From Acidiferrobacteraceae bacterium (lineage in GTDB: Bacteria > Pseudomonadota > Gammaproteobacteria > HyVt-429): a DNA stretch of 64,000 nucleotides. Shown piece by piece: positions 61,216-64,000 of the stretch. Where the stretch lies: positions 828 to 64,827 of the forward strand of contig DRJZ01000051.1 of the NCBI GenBank assembly GCA_011052015.1, written 5' to 3'. The notes below the pieces were generated by a model that saw nothing but the letters and a program-made list of their open reading frames with translations, was not told where the DNA came from and did no database searches. How positions within the stretch are numbered: the stretch's first letter is position 1; each line of letters begins with the position of its first letter. A program made the position numbers and the translations under genes.

Positions 61216-61248
61216 CATGGCAAGCTGTGGGCACACAACCCTCAGAGA

Positions 61249-61707
61249 TTAAAACCATCGACGGGTCCGGGTAGCCTCCAAGGCCTCAGCTCGATCATAG
61301 GCCGCCTTTGCCGCCTGGTCTTCACCGAGCTCCTTGCGGGCATCGCCCATCAGGCGCCAATTCCGAATCCTTAAAGCCTGCTTGTCACCCGCAAGGGTGT
61401 TCGACTTGGCAGTCAAGGCGACCACCTGCCGAAATTGTTCCTGGTCATAGCGCAAGTCTGCCAACGCCGTCCATAACCCAGCATTACCAGGCTCAATACG
61501 TAGCGCCCGCTCATACAGACCGGCGGCATTGTCAAAACGTCCGGCCTGCTTTTCCTGGCTGGCGGCATCGGCCAGGGCCTGCACCACCTGCTTACCAGAC
61601 ATACCAGTTTGTGGGCGCACAGTGTAACGGTCCACGGGACAGGCCGTAAGCAACAAACATGACAATCCTAAAACCAAATGAAGGTGTCGGTAGGAATGCA
61701 TCGTCAT
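61249..61707 (-). CDS. TPR-repeat lipoprotein, LpoP-like candidate PBP1b activator
   Basis: Lipobox LLLTAC; TPR-like repeats; start/stop overlap with the upstream mrcB (ATGA junction at 61704-61707). Confidence 0.5.
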   Translation of the reverse strand: MTMHSYRHLHLVLGLSCLLLTACPVDRYTVRPQTGMSGKQVVQALADAASQEKQAGRFDNAAGLYERALRIEPGNAGLWTALADLRYDQEQFRQVVALTAKSNTLAGDKQALRIRNWRLMGDARKELGEDQAAKAAYDRAEALEATRTRRWF

Positions 61708-64000
61708 TTTCCGAAAATTCTTTTAAACCAAACCGGTTTTTTTCCTGCGGCACAGGGCGCCATCTGTTCGGGCGCCGACCCCTTAATAAAGGGTAGCTCT
61801 ATTGCTTGAGAACAACCTGCACCGGCCTTGAGACCCGACTCCAGATCAATGGCTACATTGATCACCTGCCCGGGTTGCCCCAGCTTTAAGGGTATCAGAG
61901 ACAGACGGCGCATCATATTCCCCCATACCCGCAACGCCCCGCTGGCGCCGGTCAGCCCCACAGGCTGGTTATCGTCCCGCCCCAACCACACCACCGCAAG
62001 CCGGTTACCCGTAAAACCTGCAAACCAACTATCTCGATAGTCATTGGTGGTCCCCGTCTTGCCAGCAATATTGAGCGCTGCTGGCATCATCGTCATCAGA
62101 CCGCGCCCAGTCCCTTGGGAAATAACCCGCTGTAAAGCCGTGTTTAACAAATACACCGGCTCGGGTTGGAAACGTTGCTGCAACTTCAACTCATAACGCT
62201 TAAGGGGGACACCGTCTTCGGTAAGGACAGCGCGCACCGTGCGCAAAGGAAATCGAAAACCCCCACTTGCCAGGGTATGATACATCCTGGTGACCTCCAA
62301 TGGCGTCAGTGTCACAGCCCCTAATAAAGTGGAGGCGTAAGGTTTTAGATGACGCTCAATACCCAGCTTACCCAGCGTCTTAAGTACCGACTCTAATCCC
62401 AACTCCAAACCCAGCCGGGCGGAGGCAACGTTGTAGGACCGCGCCAACACCTGATACAGGGCCACCTGGCCATGAAATTTTCTGTCATAATTTTGTGGCG
62501 ACCAATCAGGGGCACCGGCACTCTTCCAGATGAGTGGATCATCGTTGAGCAAGGTGGCCAGGGTATAGCGACCGGGTTGGGCCAAGGCGGTCAAAAATAT
62601 CGCCGGCTTAATTAAAGACCCGACTTGACGTTGGGCATCCAGGGCACGATTAAATCCCGCGTAGTCGGCATCCCGTCCGCCCACCACCGCCAAGACCTCG
62701 CCATCGCCCACATTGGTCACCACCACCGCTGCCTGGAGTTGCCCCGAGTCTTCGCCCTGGGACGGGTCGAGATATTTTAGTACGCTCTCGACCGCCCGTT
62801 CTGCCGCCTCCTGCACACCTAGATCCAGGGTCGTAAACACCTGGAGGCCCTCGGAACGCAGGTCCTCGTCCAGATAATCCCGGCGTAATTGTCGATGCAC
62901 TAGGTCCAGATAGGCACTATGACCACTACCTTGGTTCAAGGGTTTTTCCGTCACCCCCAGGGGGGCCTGTTGCGCCAACCGATGCTCCTGTTCACCGATA
63001 AACCCCTGAGTAAACATCTCCCGGAGGGTGAGATTGCGCCGATCAGTAGCACGCTCGGGGTGTCGGCGCGGATTAAAAAAGGAGGGACCCTTGATCATAC
63101 CCACCAACATGGCAAGCTGTGGCATCTCGAGTTCCCGTAGGGGTCGACCAAAATAGAACTGACTGGCCAGACCAAATCCATGGATGGCGCGGGGTCCCTG
63201 CTGACCGAGATAGATCTCATTGATATAAGCCTCGAGGATCTCCTCCTTGTCATAGTGAAATTCCAGCAACAGGGCCATGATCAGCTCTACAAGCTTACGC
63301 CGCAGAGTGCGCTCGGCACTAAGATAGAAATTCTTCACCAACTGCTGGGTCAGAGTGCTGCCGCCTTGCACCGCCTTACCGGCACGCAGATTGACAAAAA
63401 ACGCACGCGCCAACCCCCGCAGAGCCACGCCATGGTGGGCAAAGAAATCGTGGTCTTCAATGGCTATCAGAGCCGATACCAGGTAGGCGGAAACATCGGT
63501 AATCTTTACCGGTATCCGGTCTTCATGGTGACCAGGATAGATACTTCCCACCATGACAGGCTCAAGTCGCAGCAAGGGTAAATCAACGCTGCCCGCAACC
63601 TGTTGCAGGACACTCACCTCGCCCCGGCGTATCGTCAACCGAAATCGTAACGATGCTTGTTTGCTGTCCCAAAACCGGAACGGACGGGACACAATGATAA
63701 AAACCCCGGCCGTATATTGATAAGTCCCCGGCCGCTGGGCCAAAGCCTGGCGCCGATAACCCAAGGTTTTGAGTTCTTCCAGCAAGCGACCCGGCTCCAA
63801 CCGCAGCCCCACATACAACTCCAGGGGCCGGGCATAGACATGGACCGGCACCGCCCAGCGCCGGCCTTCAAATTTTTCCCGCACCACAGCATCCAGATGA
63901 ATAACCCAAAAAACAAAGGCCAAACCGGCGCCGAGCAGGCCATAGCGCCATAGACGCCGACGCCAGATTCTATTTTGAAACCTAGTGTAGTGCCCTGAAT
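61704..64000 (-). CDS. mrcB: Penicillin-binding protein 1B (class A PBP with UB2H domain), 5' end beyond the window
   Basis: UB2H-like region, GT51 motifs (EDHDFFAHHG, GGSTLTQQL), transpeptidase SLIKP, KTGT; reading the frame upstream of the listed start gives a TM helix (LWRYGLLGAGLAFVFWVI) and the frame stays open to position 64000. Confidence 0.85.
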   Translation of the reverse strand, partial: SGHYTRFQNRIWRRRLWRYGLLGAGLAFVFWVIHLDAVVREKFEGRRWAVPVHVYARPLELYVGLRLEPGRLLEELKTLGYRRQALAQRPGTYQYTAGVFIIVSRPFRFWDSKQASLRFRLTIRRGEVSVLQQVAGSVDLPLLRLEPVMVGSIYPGHHEDRIPVKITDVSAYLVSALIAIEDHDFFAHHGVALRGLARAFFVNLRAGKAVQGGSTLTQQLVKNFYLSAERTLRRKLVELIMALLLEFHYDKEEILEAYINEIYLGQQGPRAIHGFGLASQFYFGRPLRELEMPQLAMLVGMIKGPSFFNPRRHPERATDRRNLTLREMFTQGFIGEQEHRLAQQAPLGVTEKPLNQGSGHSAYLDLVHRQLRRDYLDEDLRSEGLQVFTTLDLGVQEAAERAVESVLKYLDPSQGEDSGQLQAAVVVTNVGDGEVLAVVGGRDADYAGFNRALDAQRQVGSLIKPAIFLTALAQPGRYTLATLLNDDPLIWKSAGAPDWSPQNYDRKFHGQVALYQVLARSYNVASARLGLELGLESVLKTLGKLGIERHLKPYASTLLGAVTLTPLEVTRMYHTLASGGFRFPLRTVRAVLTEDGVPLKRYELKLQQRFQPEPVYLLNTALQRVISQGTGRGLMTMMPAALNIAGKTGTTNDYRDSWFAGFTGNRLAVVWLGRDDNQPVGLTGASGALRVWGNMMRRLSLIPLKLGQPGQVINVAIDLESGLKAGAGCSQAIELPFIKGSAPEQMAPCAAGKKPVWFKRIFGK

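Overview
This 64-kb window looks like it comes from a sulfur-oxidising gammaproteobacterium (my inference from gene content and roughly 58% GC). About 45 kb is housekeeping on the minus strand with conserved gene order: cpoB-pal-tolBARQ, ruvBAC, yebC, aspS, pmbA/tldD, yhdP-rng-maf, rlmH-rsfS-nadD-proA, holA-lptE-leuS, and the 5'-truncated start of mrcB with an LpoP-like lipoprotein. The first ~26 kb is dense in sulfur metabolism. It holds a soxXYZAB cluster with a monoheme SoxA and no soxCD, a second soxYZ pair 9 kb upstream, a YeeE/YedE-type transporter, a DsrE-like protein, and a periplasmic tandem rhodanese near the far end. The most unusual region is a tightly coupled three-gene unit at 1545-6704. 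It encodes a triheme fusion of a cytochrome c5 domain to a TsdA-like thiosulfate dehydrogenase, whose stop codon overlaps the start of a 949-aa SulP transporter in a TGATG junction. That transporter carries STAS, two cNMP-binding-like domains and a rhodanese domain whose catalytic Cys is replaced by Ser. Immediately downstream is a paralogous standalone cNMP-cNMP-rhodanese protein with the Cys intact. The window also contains a tRNA-Lys(UUU) and a MITE-like element family: four full copies plus one remnant, with 17-bp terminal inverted repeats and TA target duplications (IS630/Tc1-like). There is a second REP-like repeat family, including a 158-bp inverted pair. One AT-rich membrane gene (a fused MFS/spermidine-synthase-like protein) sits divergent from a GT-C-like glycosyltransferase. 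A 1.7-kb three-gene islet is flanked by direct repeats related to the MITE internal motif. All calls rest on motif recognition in the supplied translations and on reading the DNA directly; I ran no searches.
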